In this document: in pieces, positions 36,431 through 46,517 of the stretch
How the letters are laid out: the number at the start of each line of letters is the position of its first letter
Position numbering within the stretch: the stretch's first letter is position 1
NCBI GenBank assembly: GCA_965284055.1
Contig: CBDIQV010000005.1
Location: 268,745-332,744, forward strand
DNA length: 64,000 nucleotides
Direction of reading: 5' to 3'
Origin: Caulobacteraceae bacterium
Lineage (GTDB): Bacteria; Pseudomonadota; Alphaproteobacteria; Caulobacterales; Caulobacteraceae
Notes under the pieces: generated by a model
The model's input: only the letters and a program-made list of their open reading frames with translations
The model's database searches: none
Told to the model about the DNA's origin: nothing
Translations under genes and position numbers: made by a program

Positions 36431-36595
36431 CGGAACCTCCACAACGTTTCTTATTTGTTCCATATTCCCCTTTCGTTCTGTTCACAAGATGTTCCGCGAC
36501 CATCCACCGCATTTTCTTTGGGCGAGTCATTTCCTCCGCCTTTTGAACCGGCGCTTGGGGCTGGTTTTTGGCGGCGGATCAAGCCAGATCAACTC

Positions 36596-37556
36596 ATGCG
36601 CCTGATCATCGATACCGACACCGCCGGGGACGACGTGTTCTCCCTCATGCTCGCCCTCACCCGCCCCGGCGTGACCGTTGAGGCCATCACGATCGCCCAC
36701 GGCAATGTGGGCTTCGTCCAGCATGCAGAGAACGCGCTGCTGACGCTGGAAGTCTGCGGCAAGGCCGGAGCGGTCCCGGTCTATCTTGGGACCCAGGCAC
36801 CGTTCTCGCGCGCGCCGCTCGACGCCGCCTACGTCTTCGGCGCCGACGGGATGAGCGACAGTGGGTTCGCGCGAACTCCGCAGCGTCCTGAAGAGGGCCA
36901 TGCGGTGGATGAGATCGTCCGGAGGATCATGACCGCGCCAGGCGAAATCACCCTGATCGCTCAGGCGCCGCTGACCAATATCGCCCTCGCCTACCTGCGA
37001 GAGCCGCGCATCGCCACGGCGCTGAAGCACCTCTGGGTCATGGGCGGCACGGACAATGGCGTCGGCAATGTCACGCCGGCGGCCGAGTACAATTTCTATG
37101 TCGATCCGGAAGCCGCCAAGATCGTCATCAACGCCGGCTTCAACCTGTCGATCGTCACCTGGACCGAGACGCTTCGCGACGGCCTGTTTGATATGGACCA
37201 ATTGGCCGAACTGGAAGCCCTGGCGACGTCGCGCGCCCGGTTCTTCACCGACGTCAACCGCGCCTCGCTGGCCTTCGCGCGCGATACGGAAGGGCTGAAT
37301 GGCAGCCTGCATCCCGACGCCCTGACCTGCGCGGTCGCTCTGGAATTCGAGCCTGATCCTCGAGGCGGAAGAGGCGGTCGTCGATGTCGAGACGCTCGGC
37401 GAACTGACGCGGGGCTATCTCAGCGTTTCGCACGCGATCCTGCCTGACATCGAGATCGCCGATCCCGCCCTGAAGCGTCGCCCGCCCAACGCCCGGGTTA
37501 TCAAGAAGATTGATCAGGCCGGCTTTTTCAACGCCATGGGCGCGGCGCTGCTCTGA
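36596..37556 (+). pseudogene. nucleoside hydrolase (IUNH family), one frame break near 37340
   Basis: MRLIIDTDTAGDDVFSL (DxDxxxDD motif) lies within ORF 35582..37447. The C-terminal ...SSLILEAEEAVVDVETLGELTRGYLSVSH...NAMGAALL reads in another frame and stops at 37554-37556. Confidence 0.85.
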
Positions 37557-37600
37557 CACGGTTAACCGGCGCCTAAGAGGTTCCGGACTAGGCTGCGGCC

Positions 37601-38842
37601 ATGAAACAGGGGCTGTCTTCGGCTTTGGGGATGATCGTCGCCCTCGCGGGCATGACGGCGACTCCAGCGCGCGCCGAGCCTGATCTATTTTCCCGTGACA
37701 CGGTCTCGGGCGTGGTCGATCTGCGCCTTGCCGCGCCGAGCGGCGAAAGGTCCTGGATCGACAACGGTCTGGGCAAGAGCCGCTTTGGCTCAAACCGCGG
37801 GGACCTGCGCCTGGGCGAGGCCGCCGTCGTTTGGAACCCGAGGTTCTCGGACTCGCTCTCGGCGGTGTTCGTGGGCGAGAGCCAGGATGGTCTGGACCAC
37901 GTCGTGGATCTGGGAGAGGCCTATCTGGCCTATCGCGGACCTAGCGGCGGCGCCTGGCGCCTGTCTGGTCGCGCCGGCGCGTTCTATCCCCAGATCTCGC
38001 TGGAGCATGACGGTCTGGACTGGACCGTGCCCGACACCATCACGCCCTCGGCCGTCAATACCTGGGTGGCGGAAGAGACCAAGGTCGTGGCCATCGAGGC
38101 CACCGCGCGAGGCGCGGTCCTTGGTCAGGGCCTGTCTGCGACCGCAGGCCTGTTCACCCATGGCGACACCTCCGGCACTCTTCTGGCGTTCCGGGGTTGG
38201 GCCTTGCACGACCTCAAATCGCCGGCGACCGGCCGCTTTCCCCTGCCGCCGCTCAGCGCCTTCATGGCGCGCAGACAGGCGCCCTCGACCACGCCGCTTC
38301 GGGAAATCGACGGCAAGCGCGGGGTCTATGGTCGCCTGGAATGGCGACCTGACTCCAGGCTGACGATCGACCTCTTCGGCTATGATAACGGAGGCGACAG
38401 GGTCAGCGTCGAGGACCTCGAGTGGTCGTGGGAGACCCGTTTCTGGAACCTCGGCGCAAAACTGGATCTGGAGCGTTCGCAGCTCCGGGCGCAGGTCATG
38501 CGGGGCGAGACCCTGATGGGATACTCAAACGCCCATGGAGTCTGGGTCGATACCGGCTTCGAGGCGGCCTATGTGGCCGCAACCCGTTCTTGGGGGCCGG
38601 GTAGCGCGACGGCGCGACTGGATCACTTCTCGATCAGCGACCGAACCAACAAGTCCGTCGACAACACCGCCGAACACGGCTGGTCGGCGCTGGCGGCGTA
38701 TCGCTGGGACCTTAGACCCGACACCCAGATCGTCTTCGAGGCCATGACGATACAGGGCGTCCGCCCGTCGCGCAGACAACTGGGCCTCTCGCCGGACTAT
38801 GATCAGACCGTGTTGCAGACTGCCTATCGGCGTCAGTTCTGA
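37601..38842 (+). CDS. putative outer-membrane beta-barrel protein of unknown family
   Basis: 413-aa ORF with a signal peptide ending ATPARA/EP, alternating beta-strand-like segments, and a C-terminal ...TAYRRQF with terminal Phe. Confidence 0.6.
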   Translation: MKQGLSSALGMIVALAGMTATPARAEPDLFSRDTVSGVVDLRLAAPSGERSWIDNGLGKSRFGSNRGDLRLGEAAVVWNPRFSDSLSAVFVGESQDGLDHVVDLGEAYLAYRGPSGGAWRLSGRAGAFYPQISLEHDGLDWTVPDTITPSAVNTWVAEETKVVAIEATARGAVLGQGLSATAGLFTHGDTSGTLLAFRGWALHDLKSPATGRFPLPPLSAFMARRQAPSTTPLREIDGKRGVYGRLEWRPDSRLTIDLFGYDNGGDRVSVEDLEWSWETRFWNLGAKLDLERSQLRAQVMRGETLMGYSNAHGVWVDTGFEAAYVAATRSWGPGSATARLDHFSISDRTNKSVDNTAEHGWSALAAYRWDLRPDTQIVFEAMTIQGVRPSRRQLGLSPDYDQTVLQTAYRRQF

Positions 38843-38860
38843 CCTAGAAGGCACTCTAGC

Positions 38861-39546
38861 CTAGAAGGTCTGGGCTTCCAGGTGACCGTCCTTGAGGGCG
38901 AAGACACGGTCCATGTAGCGGGCCAGATCCATGTTGTGCGTCGCAATCAGGGCCGCCACGCCCTGCCCCCGCGCCAGACTGTAAAGCGACTGAAACACCG
39001 CCGCCGAAGTCGCCGGATCGAGATTGCCCGTGGGCTCATCGGCCAGCAGCAGTTGCGGCCGGTTGGCCAGGGCGCGGGCGATCGCCACACGCTGCTGTTC
39101 GCCGCCGGACATCTGGGCCGGCTGGTGAAGAAGCCGCGCGGTCAGGCCCAACTCGCCCAGCAGCTCCTCGGCGCGCGCGTTGGCCTCGGCGCGGCTACGG
39201 CCGGCGATCATGCCGGGCATGGCGACTTTTCGAGCGCGGTGAACTCGGGCAGCAAGTGATGAAACTGATAGACGAAGCCCACGGTGCCGAGGCGAATACG
39301 CGTGCGCACCCGCTCCGACAGCTTGGAGCAATCCCGGCCGCCCAAGGCGACTAGACCGGCGTCGGGACGTTCCAACAGGCCCGCCGAATGCAACAGCGAC
39401 GACTTGCCCGAGCCGGAGGGACCGATCAGGCCGACCACTTCGCCTGGATAGACGTCGAGATCCACGCCCCTGAGGACCGGAAGATCGCCGGCCTCGGTCT
39501 TGTAGACGCGCTCTACGCCGCGCAGCGACAGGACGGGGTTACTCAT
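38861..39546 (-). pseudogene. lolD: lipoprotein-releasing ABC transporter ATP-binding protein LolD, one frame break near 39225
   Basis: Walker [10 protein letters not shown] is in ORF 39208..39606, starting at M21 (39546). The signature MSGGEQQR and Walker [13 protein letters not shown] are in ORF 38861..39331. The start overlaps the lolE stop. Confidence 0.9.
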
Positions 39547-40819
39547 AGCGAAGCGCCTCCACCGGATCGAGACGCGAGGCGCGCCAGGCGGGCGGCAGTG
39601 TCGCAACGATGCTCATCAGGGCCGACAGGCCGACGATACCGCCGACCTCCGACCAGTCGATCTTCGCGGGAATGTGAGACAGCATGTAGACGTCGGCGCT
39701 GAACACCGCCGTGCCCGTGATCCACTCCACGAAGTTCTGGATAGCGGTGATGTTCGCGCAGAACAGCACGCCCAGCAGCAGGCCCGCCAGAGTGCCCGCG
39801 ACACCGATCGAGGCCCCCGCCATCACGAATATCCGCAGGATCGAGCCCTGCCCCGCCCCGATTGTGCGGAGAATGGCGATGTCCTTGCCCTTGTTCTTCA
39901 CCAGCATCACCAGGCTAGAGATGATGTTGAGGGTCGCGATAGCGACGATGCAGAACAGGATCAGCCGCATCACCTTTCGCTCCACCTGCAGCGCGGTGAA
40001 GTAGCTGTGGTTCTTGTCCATCCAGTCGGCGACCAGCGAACCGGGACCGCTGGCGGCCTCGACGGCGGGCTTCAGGGCCTTCGCGTCGTCCGGGTCATCG
40101 ACCTTGATTTCCACATAGTCGACCGAGGTGTCGCGACCGAAGAACAGTTGGGACTGTTCAAGCGGCATGTAGACATAAGCCTCGTCGAACTGGCTCATGC
40201 CCACGCTGAATACGCCGCCGACGATGTAGTCCTTCTCGCGCGTCGAGGTCCCGAAGGCAGTGGCCGGGCCGGACGGAGAGATCAGGGTGATCGCATCGCC
40301 GGGAACAACACCCAGATTGGCGGCCATCCGGTCGCCGATCAGGATGATGTCGCCGCCATATTCGCCCTGGCCGAAGCCCGACAGCGAACCCTTCTTGATG
40401 TTGTCCGAGATGATCTTCAGGCCGCGCAGGTCACGCGGCGTGACACCGCGCACGATCGCGCCGGTCACCTGGCTGGGACCGATGACCATGGCCTGGGCCT
40501 CGACCATCGGCACCGCCTGAATGACGCCCGGCACCGCGCGAATGCGACTGATCACGCCCTCGCGGTCAGGACCGTTGATCAGCGGGGACTGAGCATACAG
40601 GTGGCCGTTGAAGCCGAGAATTCGGCCCAGCAGTTCAGCCCGAAAGCCGTTCATGACGCTCATGACCGTGATCAGGGCGAAGACCGCCAGCATCACGGCG
40701 CAGAACGAGATCACCGAAATCAGGGCCACGCCGCCGTTCTTGCGCTTGGCCAGCAGATAGCGCCAAGCGACGGACAGCTCCCAGCGGCTGAACGGACCGG
40801 CGGCCCTGAGATCGCTCAT
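39539..40819 (-). CDS. lolE: lipoprotein-releasing system permease, LolC/E family
   Basis: Intact 426-aa ORF with a four-TM FtsX-like topology and a large periplasmic loop, adjacent to lolD. Confidence 0.85.
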   Translation of the reverse strand: MSDLRAAGPFSRWELSVAWRYLLAKRKNGGVALISVISFCAVMLAVFALITVMSVMNGFRAELLGRILGFNGHLYAQSPLINGPDREGVISRIRAVPGVIQAVPMVEAQAMVIGPSQVTGAIVRGVTPRDLRGLKIISDNIKKGSLSGFGQGEYGGDIILIGDRMAANLGVVPGDAITLISPSGPATAFGTSTREKDYIVGGVFSVGMSQFDEAYVYMPLEQSQLFFGRDTSVDYVEIKVDDPDDAKALKPAVEAASGPGSLVADWMDKNHSYFTALQVERKVMRLILFCIVAIATLNIISSLVMLVKNKGKDIAILRTIGAGQGSILRIFVMAGASIGVAGTLAGLLLGVLFCANITAIQNFVEWITGTAVFSADVYMLSHIPAKIDWSEVGGIVGLSALMSIVATLPPAWRASRLDPVEALRYE

Positions 40820-42158
40820 TAGCCCACCTTGCTTTGCGTCAGACCGTTCAACACAGACTCCAGCGAAGCCGTCGAACGCTCGCCGGTCGCCCGGTTCTTG
40901 ATCTCGACAACGCCTTCGGCGATGCCCTTGGGGCCGATGATCATCTGCCAGGGCAGGCCGATCAGGTCCATGGTGGCGAACTTGGCGCCGCCGCGGGTGT
41001 CGGTGTCGTCGTAAAGCACCGTCCTGCCGGCCGCCGTCAGCGCCTTGTAGGCGGTCTCACAAGCCGCGTCGCACGCCGCGTCGCCCTGGCGCATGTTGAT
41101 GATGCCGACATCGAACGGCGCCACCGATCCGGCCAGATGATGCCGCCGTCGTCGTGGCTGGCCTCGATGATCGCGCCGAGCAGGCGCGAGACGCCGACGC
41201 CATAGCTGCCCATGTGGACCTCGTGTACTCCTTGCCGTCCGGCCCGGCGACACTTCGCCTTCATCGGCGCGGAATATTTCGGTGCCGAAGTAGAAGATGT
41301 GGCCGACCTCGATACCGCGGGCCGTCAGGCGGTCGGCTTCGGCGGTCTGCGTCTCGAACTGGCCGGCGTCGTGCATTTCCTCGGTCGCGGCGTACAGGCC
41401 GATTCGTTCGTCGACGATGGCCTGCAGGTCGTCGCCAGTCGACGCCCGTCCCGGGGGCCGGCATCTCGACCAGGTCCTTGCGGTCACAGAAGACCTGGCT
41501 TTCACCGGTGTCGGCCAGGACGATGAACTCGTGGCTCAGGTCGCCGCCGATCGGGCCGGTATCGGCCCGCATCGGCACGGCCTTCAGGCCCATGCGAGCG
41601 AACAGTGTTCAGATAGGCCACGAACATGCGGTTGTAGGACTTGCGCGCGCCCTCGGCCTCGTCGAGGTCGAAGCTGTAGGCGTCCTTCATCAGGAATTCG
41701 CGGCCGCGCATCACGCCAAAGCGCGGACGGCGCTCGTCCCGGAACTTCCACTGGATGTTGTAGAGGTTCTTGGGCAGGTCCTTGTAGCTCTTGACCGAGG
41801 CACGGAAAATGTCGGTGACCACTTCCTCGGCGGTGGGGCCGAAGAGCAGCTCGCGCTTGTGGCGGTCGGTGATGCGCAGCATCTCGTCGCCGTAGTCGTC
41901 ATAGCGCCCGCTTTCGCGCCACAGCTCGGCCAGCTGGATCGTCGGCATCAGGAGCTCGATGGCTCCGGCGCGATCCATCTCCTCGCGGACGATCTGCTCG
42001 ATGCGGTTCAGCACCCGCAGGCCCAGCGGCAGCCAGGCGTAGATGCCCGCCGCCTCCTGGCGGATCATGCCCGCGCGCAGCATCAGTTGGTGCGACACAA
42101 TCTGGGCGTCGGACGGAGCTTCCTTCAACACGGGCAGGAAATAGCGCGACAGGCGCAT
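40819..42158 (-). pseudogene. proS: proline--tRNA ligase, at least 6 frame breaks between about 41140 and 41600
   Basis: The N-terminal 200 aa are in ORF 41502..42158 ([15 protein letters not shown]...). The middle is in ORF 41261..41593 ([27 protein letters not shown]). The rest alternates between ORF 40819..41505 and ORF 41037..41264 ([29 protein letters not shown]). Confidence 0.9.
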
Positions 42159-42257
42159 CAGAAAGACGTCTCCGGGGAATGCAAGGGCCTGAGATAGCCT
42201 CTTGGCCCTCAGCTTGGCAACGCGCGGGGCGAAAAGATGGCCATCCCGAGGTCGAGA

Positions 42258-42290
42258 ACGAAAAGAAGGCCGCGCGATCCTCGCGCGGCC
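42258..42290 (-). terminator. rho-independent terminator
   Basis: A perfect 10-bp stem ggccgcgcga/tcgcgcggcc has a 3-nt loop and is followed on the minus strand by ttcttttc. Confidence 0.7.
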
Positions 42291-42489
42291 TTACAAGTTC
42301 ATCGTCGGGGAAGACGCCACAGAGTGAGACCGGCACCGGCCGATCCCGTAAGGACACCCTAGGCCTTCGAACAATTGTTGGGGCAAGCACATGCGGTTCT
42401 GGCGGCGCTTTTGGGCGTTTCGCCCAAGCCTTGAGCGAACGCAGGCAGAAACACCGCGCGCCGCTCAAGGGTTGGGCGCCCAGGCTACC
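42291..42489 (-). ncRNA. candidate structured 3' UTR or small RNA between the DUF1467 gene and the terminator
   Basis: About 200 nt without a credible ORF. It holds a perfect 9-bp stem (42429-42437 with 42462-42470), an adjacent 7-bp triloop hairpin (42411-42427) and a 10-nt palindrome aacaattgtt, and it ends at the terminator 42258-42290. Confidence 0.25.
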
Positions 42490-42750
42490 TTAGAGGGCCG
42501 AGCGCATCGGCGGCAGGCTGATGAGATGGAAGCGGATAACCAGCCATAGGACCGAGAACACCACCACAGCGATCCAGGTGGTGGTGATGAACTTGCGCTT
42601 CAGATTCGGGTTCACCGGAGCCCCGGGATCACCGCCACCGGGCGGCTTGAGGCCCATCTCGTGATAGCTGCGCGAACCGATCGGCAGCACGGCGAACAGA
42701 ACCGTCCACCAGATGACGAAGAAGACGGAAATGGACGTGAGCACGCTCAT
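42490..42750 (-). CDS. DUF1467 family small membrane protein
   Basis: 86-aa ORF with two TM helices flanking a PPGGGDPGAP loop. Its start overlaps the mce stop. Confidence 0.7.
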   Translation of the reverse strand: MSVLTSISVFFVIWWTVLFAVLPIGSRSYHEMGLKPPGGGDPGAPVNPNLKRKFITTTWIAVVVFSVLWLVIRFHLISLPPMRSAL

Positions 42751-43175
42751 CAGTGGTGCGCCTCCTTGGGCGTCTCCATGAGTTCGACCAGCAGGCCGCC
42801 CATGTCCTTGGGGTGAACGAAGATGATCAAGGTACCATGCGCCCCGATGCGCGGTTCGCCCAGCACTGTCGCGCCCTTGGCCACCAGGGCGTCACGCGCC
42901 TCGTAGATGTTCTCGACCTCGAAACAGATGTGGTGCTGACCGCCCTTGGGGTTCTTGGCCAGGAAGGCATGGATCGGCGACTTTTCCCCATAGGGTTCGA
43001 TCAGCTCGATCTGGCTGTTGGGCAGGTTGACGAAGCACACCCAGACGCCCTGCTCAGGCATCGCCCATTTTTCGGTGACGGACGTCGCGCCCAGCAGGTC
43101 GCGATACATCTTCAGCGACTCGTCGATGGACGGCGTGGCGACGCCGACGTGGTTCAGCTTGCCGATCATGATCAT
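42750..43175 (-). CDS. mce: methylmalonyl-CoA epimerase (VOC/glyoxalase fold)
   Basis: 141-aa ORF with typical LNHVGVA...IELIEP...GGQHHICFEV motifs. Confidence 0.85.
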   Translation of the reverse strand: MIMIGKLNHVGVATPSIDESLKMYRDLLGATSVTEKWAMPEQGVWVCFVNLPNSQIELIEPYGEKSPIHAFLAKNPKGGQHHICFEVENIYEARDALVAKGATVLGEPRIGAHGTLIIFVHPKDMGGLLVELMETPKEAHH

Positions 43176-43230
43176 TGCTCCCGCGCGTCTTGTTGTTTGC
43201 GCGAAGGCCTAACACCTGTGCTGCAGCGCG

Positions 43231-43269
43231 AAAAGGGCCGCCCGCCGTGGCAAAACGACGGCGGGCGGC
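43231..43269 (-). terminator. rho-independent terminator downstream of rnj
   Basis: A perfect 12-bp stem pairs gccgcccgccgt (43237-43248) with acggcgggcggc (43258-43269). It is followed on the minus strand by ccttttc. Confidence 0.7.
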
Positions 43270-43282
43270 GCCTCACCCTAGG

Positions 43283-44961
43283 TCAGGTGCGCAGAACCGT
43301 GGTCTCGACGACCGGCTTGCGTTCCCAGATCCGGAACGCGGCCTTCTTCACGGCCCGCGAGATGGCGTTCTCGATGGCCTCGTCATTGTCCTTGTCGTCG
43401 CCGCCCAGCCGCTTGAAGGCGGTCTCGGCTTCCTCGGCCAGATCGTCCATGGCTTCGTCCAGCGGATAGTCGTTGTCGCCGGCCAGGCCCAGGCCACGCA
43501 CCTGCGGACCCGAGACGATGCGGTTCTTGCCGTCGATCACGATGGAGACCGCCAGCATGCCGTTGAACGCCGCGTGGCGGCGCTCGCGCAGGGCTTGACC
43601 GTTCTCGGGCGTGACCACGCCCCCGTCGACATAGAGACGCCCGGCGGGAACCTCATCAATGATCTCGGGATGTCCCGGCGCTAGGCGAACCATGTCGCCG
43701 TTGCGCGGCGAGATGGCGTGCGGAACCTGCAGGTCGCGAGCGAAGGCGGCGTGTTCGATCAGGTGGCGGCGCTCGCCATGGGTCGGCACGGCGATCTCGG
43801 GGCGCACCCACTGGTACATCTGCTTCAGCTCGTCGCGGCACGGGTGACCGCTGACGTGGATGCCGGGGGTGTCGCGCTCGGTGTGCAGGCGCACGCCGCG
43901 ATCGGCCAGCTTGTTCTGCAGATTGCGGATCGGGATCTCGTTGCCCGGAATGACCCGCGAACTGAAGATCACGTGGTCGCCCTGCGACAGCTTCACATGC
44001 GGGTGGTTACCCTCGGCGATCCGCGACAGGGCCGCCCTCGCCTCGCCCTGGCTGCCGGTGCACAGGAACAGGATCTCGTTCTCGGGCAGGTACTTGGCCT
44101 GGTCGTCGGTGACGAAGGGCTCGGCCCTCGCAGGAACCCGACCGAGCGGGCGGCGGCGGCCATGCGGTGCATCGAGCGGCCGGCCAGGCAGACCTTTCTG
44201 CCAGCGGCCTGGGCGGCGCGGATCACAGTGTCCATCCGCGCGACGTTCGAGGCGAAGCAGGCCACGGCGATCTTGCCGGTCAGGCCGGAGATCAGCTTGT
44301 TCATCGCCACGCGGACGTCGGCCTCGGAGCCGGCCTCGCCGTCGACGAAGACGTTGGTCGAGTCGCAGACCATGGCCAGAACGCCGGCGTCACCCAGACG
44401 ACGCAGGCCTTCAATGTCGGTGGCCTCGCCAAGTTGCGGGTTCGGATCGATCTTCCAGTCGCCGGTGTGCAGGATCGTACCCAGCGGAGTCTTGATCGCC
44501 AGACCGTTCGGCTCGGGGATCGAGTGGGTCAGGGTGATCATTTCCAGATCGAAGGGACCGATCTTGAACTGGCCGCCCAACGGGATCTCGGTGATCGGAA
44601 CCTCATCCAGCAGACGCGCGTCGCGCAGCTTCTCGCGCAGCAGGAACGCCGTGAAGGGTGTGGCGTAGACCGGCGCCTTCAGGCGCGGCCACAGCCAGTG
44701 CACCGCGCCCAGGTGGTCTTCGTGCGCATGGGTCAGCACGATGCCCAGGATGTCCTTGGCGTAGGCCTCAATGTACTCGGGATCAGGCAGGATGATCTCG
44801 ACGCCAGGAGTCGTCTGATCGCCGAAGGTCACGCCCAGATCGACGACGATCCACTTGCGATCATGGGCCGGGCCAAAGCCGTACAGGTTGAAGTTCATGC
44901 CGATCTCGTTCGACCCGCCGAGCGGCAGGAAGACGAGTTCGTCTTGGGAGGATTTTGTCAT
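43283..44961 (-). pseudogene. rnj: ribonuclease J, one frame break near 44125
   Basis: The metallo-beta-lactamase N-terminus with HAHEDHLG is in ORF 43993..44961. The continuation EPFVTDDQAKYLPENEILFLCTGSQGEARAALSRIAEGNHPHVKLSQGDHV... reads in the frame of ORF 43283..43996. Confidence 0.9.
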
Positions 44962-45741
44962 CAGGTCTCTGAAATGGTGTTGCGACGGTGAATTTCGAGT
45001 AGTCCGCGGATCGTCAGATCCGAATCGAAGTGATCGATGCAGTCCGTGGCGCCTTCGAACAGCGAGGCGACCCCGCCGGTGGCGACCACGGTCATGGGCT
45101 GGGCGCGCTCAGCCTTGATGCGCGTCAAGCCCTTCGATCAAAGAGATATAGCCCCAAAACACGCCGGACTGCATGGCGCTGACGGTGTCTGTTCCGCCAA
45201 CGCGGTTGCGGGCTGGGCGTTGAATGGCGATCCGGGGCAGCTTTGCGGCTGCCTCATGCAGCGCCTGCATGGATAGATTGATGCCGGGCGCGATGATGCC
45301 GCCTTCGAAAGCGCCATCGGCGGCGACGATATCAAAGGTGGTGGCCGTGCCGCTGTCGATCACGATCAGCGGCCCCGGATAGACCATGTGCGCGCCCACG
45401 GCGTTGACCAGACGGTCGGCGCCGGCCTCCGACGGCTTGTCGATCCGCACATCGACGCCCAGCTTGGCGTTCTCGCCGATCACAAGAGGCTCGACGTTGA
45501 AATAGCGGCGCGAGAGGTTGCGCAGGTTGAAGATCGACTGCGGCACCACGCTGGAGATGATGCAGGCGTCAATCGCCCGGAATCCCAGGCCCTGCATCGA
45601 CAGCAGTTGCGACAGCCACACCACATACTCGTCGGCCGTGCGCGTGCTCTCGGTGGCCGAGCGCCACTGGGCGATCCAGTTCTGGCCATCATGGATGGCG
45701 AACATCGTGTTGGTATTGCCCTGCTCGATAGCCAGCAGCAT
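44961..45741 (-). pseudogene. coaX: type III pantothenate kinase, one frame break at about 45127
   Basis: [12 protein letters not shown]... is in ORF 45109..45741. Removing one base at AA 45127-45128 restores ...[59 protein letters not shown]. The stop overlaps the rnj ATG. Confidence 0.9.
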
Positions 45742-46517
45742 CAGGAAGCCTCACCGAAGAAGACGTCGCCGGCCGTGATGCGCCGCAAGTGGCCGTCAGG
45801 CAACCGAAGCCTCAGAGCGCCGTCGCCATCGAGCCCTTCGGCTATGCCATGGACCGTCTCGGTTCCAAGGCGGGCGACGCAAGGTTCGCCCAGGCCGTGC
45901 GCGCGCGCCGTCCAGGCGTCTGCGATCGCTGGGAAGCCCAGCGACAGCCAGACGGCCGACCAACGCTCGAACGCTTCGGCCAGCACCTCAATCGCTTCGA
46001 TCGGCGACGGCGGCGGGGCGGCGCGATAGGTCGTCAGGGCGGTGGCGGGGCGCTCGCTGTCGAGCGGTTTGCGGGCCAGATTGACGCCGACGCCGGCGGC
46101 GATCCACAGCCCGCCCGTGGGACGCATTCCCGACTCTATGAGAATCCCACTGACCTTCATGCCGCCCAGCATCGGGTCGTTGGGCCATTTCAAGCTGATC
46201 AGCGAGGCGGGCACATAGGCGGCAAGCAGGTCCGCCACCGCCAGGGCGGCGACGAACGACACTTGGGCGGCCTCGGCGGGCGGCTTGTCCGTGGTGAACA
46301 GCAGAGTGGCCGCGAGGTTGCCCGAACCGGTCTCCCAGGCGCGACCGCGACGACCCCGGCCCGAGGTCTGACGTAGGCCCAGCAGCCAAACAGGCCCGAC
46401 CTCGCCGGCTTCGGCGCGGCGACGAGCTTCGGCATTGGTCGAGTCGATCTCGTCGAGAACGACGACGGGCGCCCCCTTTGAACCCGGGGAGACGCCCGTC
46501 ACGTCACGCGTGGCCAA
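45741..46517 (-). CDS. birA: biotin--[acetyl-CoA-carboxylase] ligase
   Basis: 258-aa ORF with the GRGRRGRAW motif. Its stop overlaps the coaX start. Confidence 0.85.
   Translation of the reverse strand: MATRDVTGVSPGSKGAPVVVLDEIDSTNAEARRRAEAGEVGPVWLLGLRQTSGRGRRGRAWETGSGNLAATLLFTTDKPPAEAAQVSFVAALAVADLLAAYVPASLISLKWPNDPMLGGMKVSGILIESGMRPTGGLWIAAGVGVNLARKPLDSERPATALTTYRAAPPPSPIEAIEVLAEAFERWSAVWLSLGFPAIADAWTARAHGLGEPCVARLGTETVHGIAEGLDGDGALRLRLPDGHLRRITAGDVFFGEAS

Noticed and set aside
38843-38870. Direct repeat cctagaagg x2 between the OMP gene and lolD.
   Set aside because: It is only 9 nt, sits in a convergent gene junction with one copy spanning the lolD stop codon, and has no further copies. 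It is probably coincidental.
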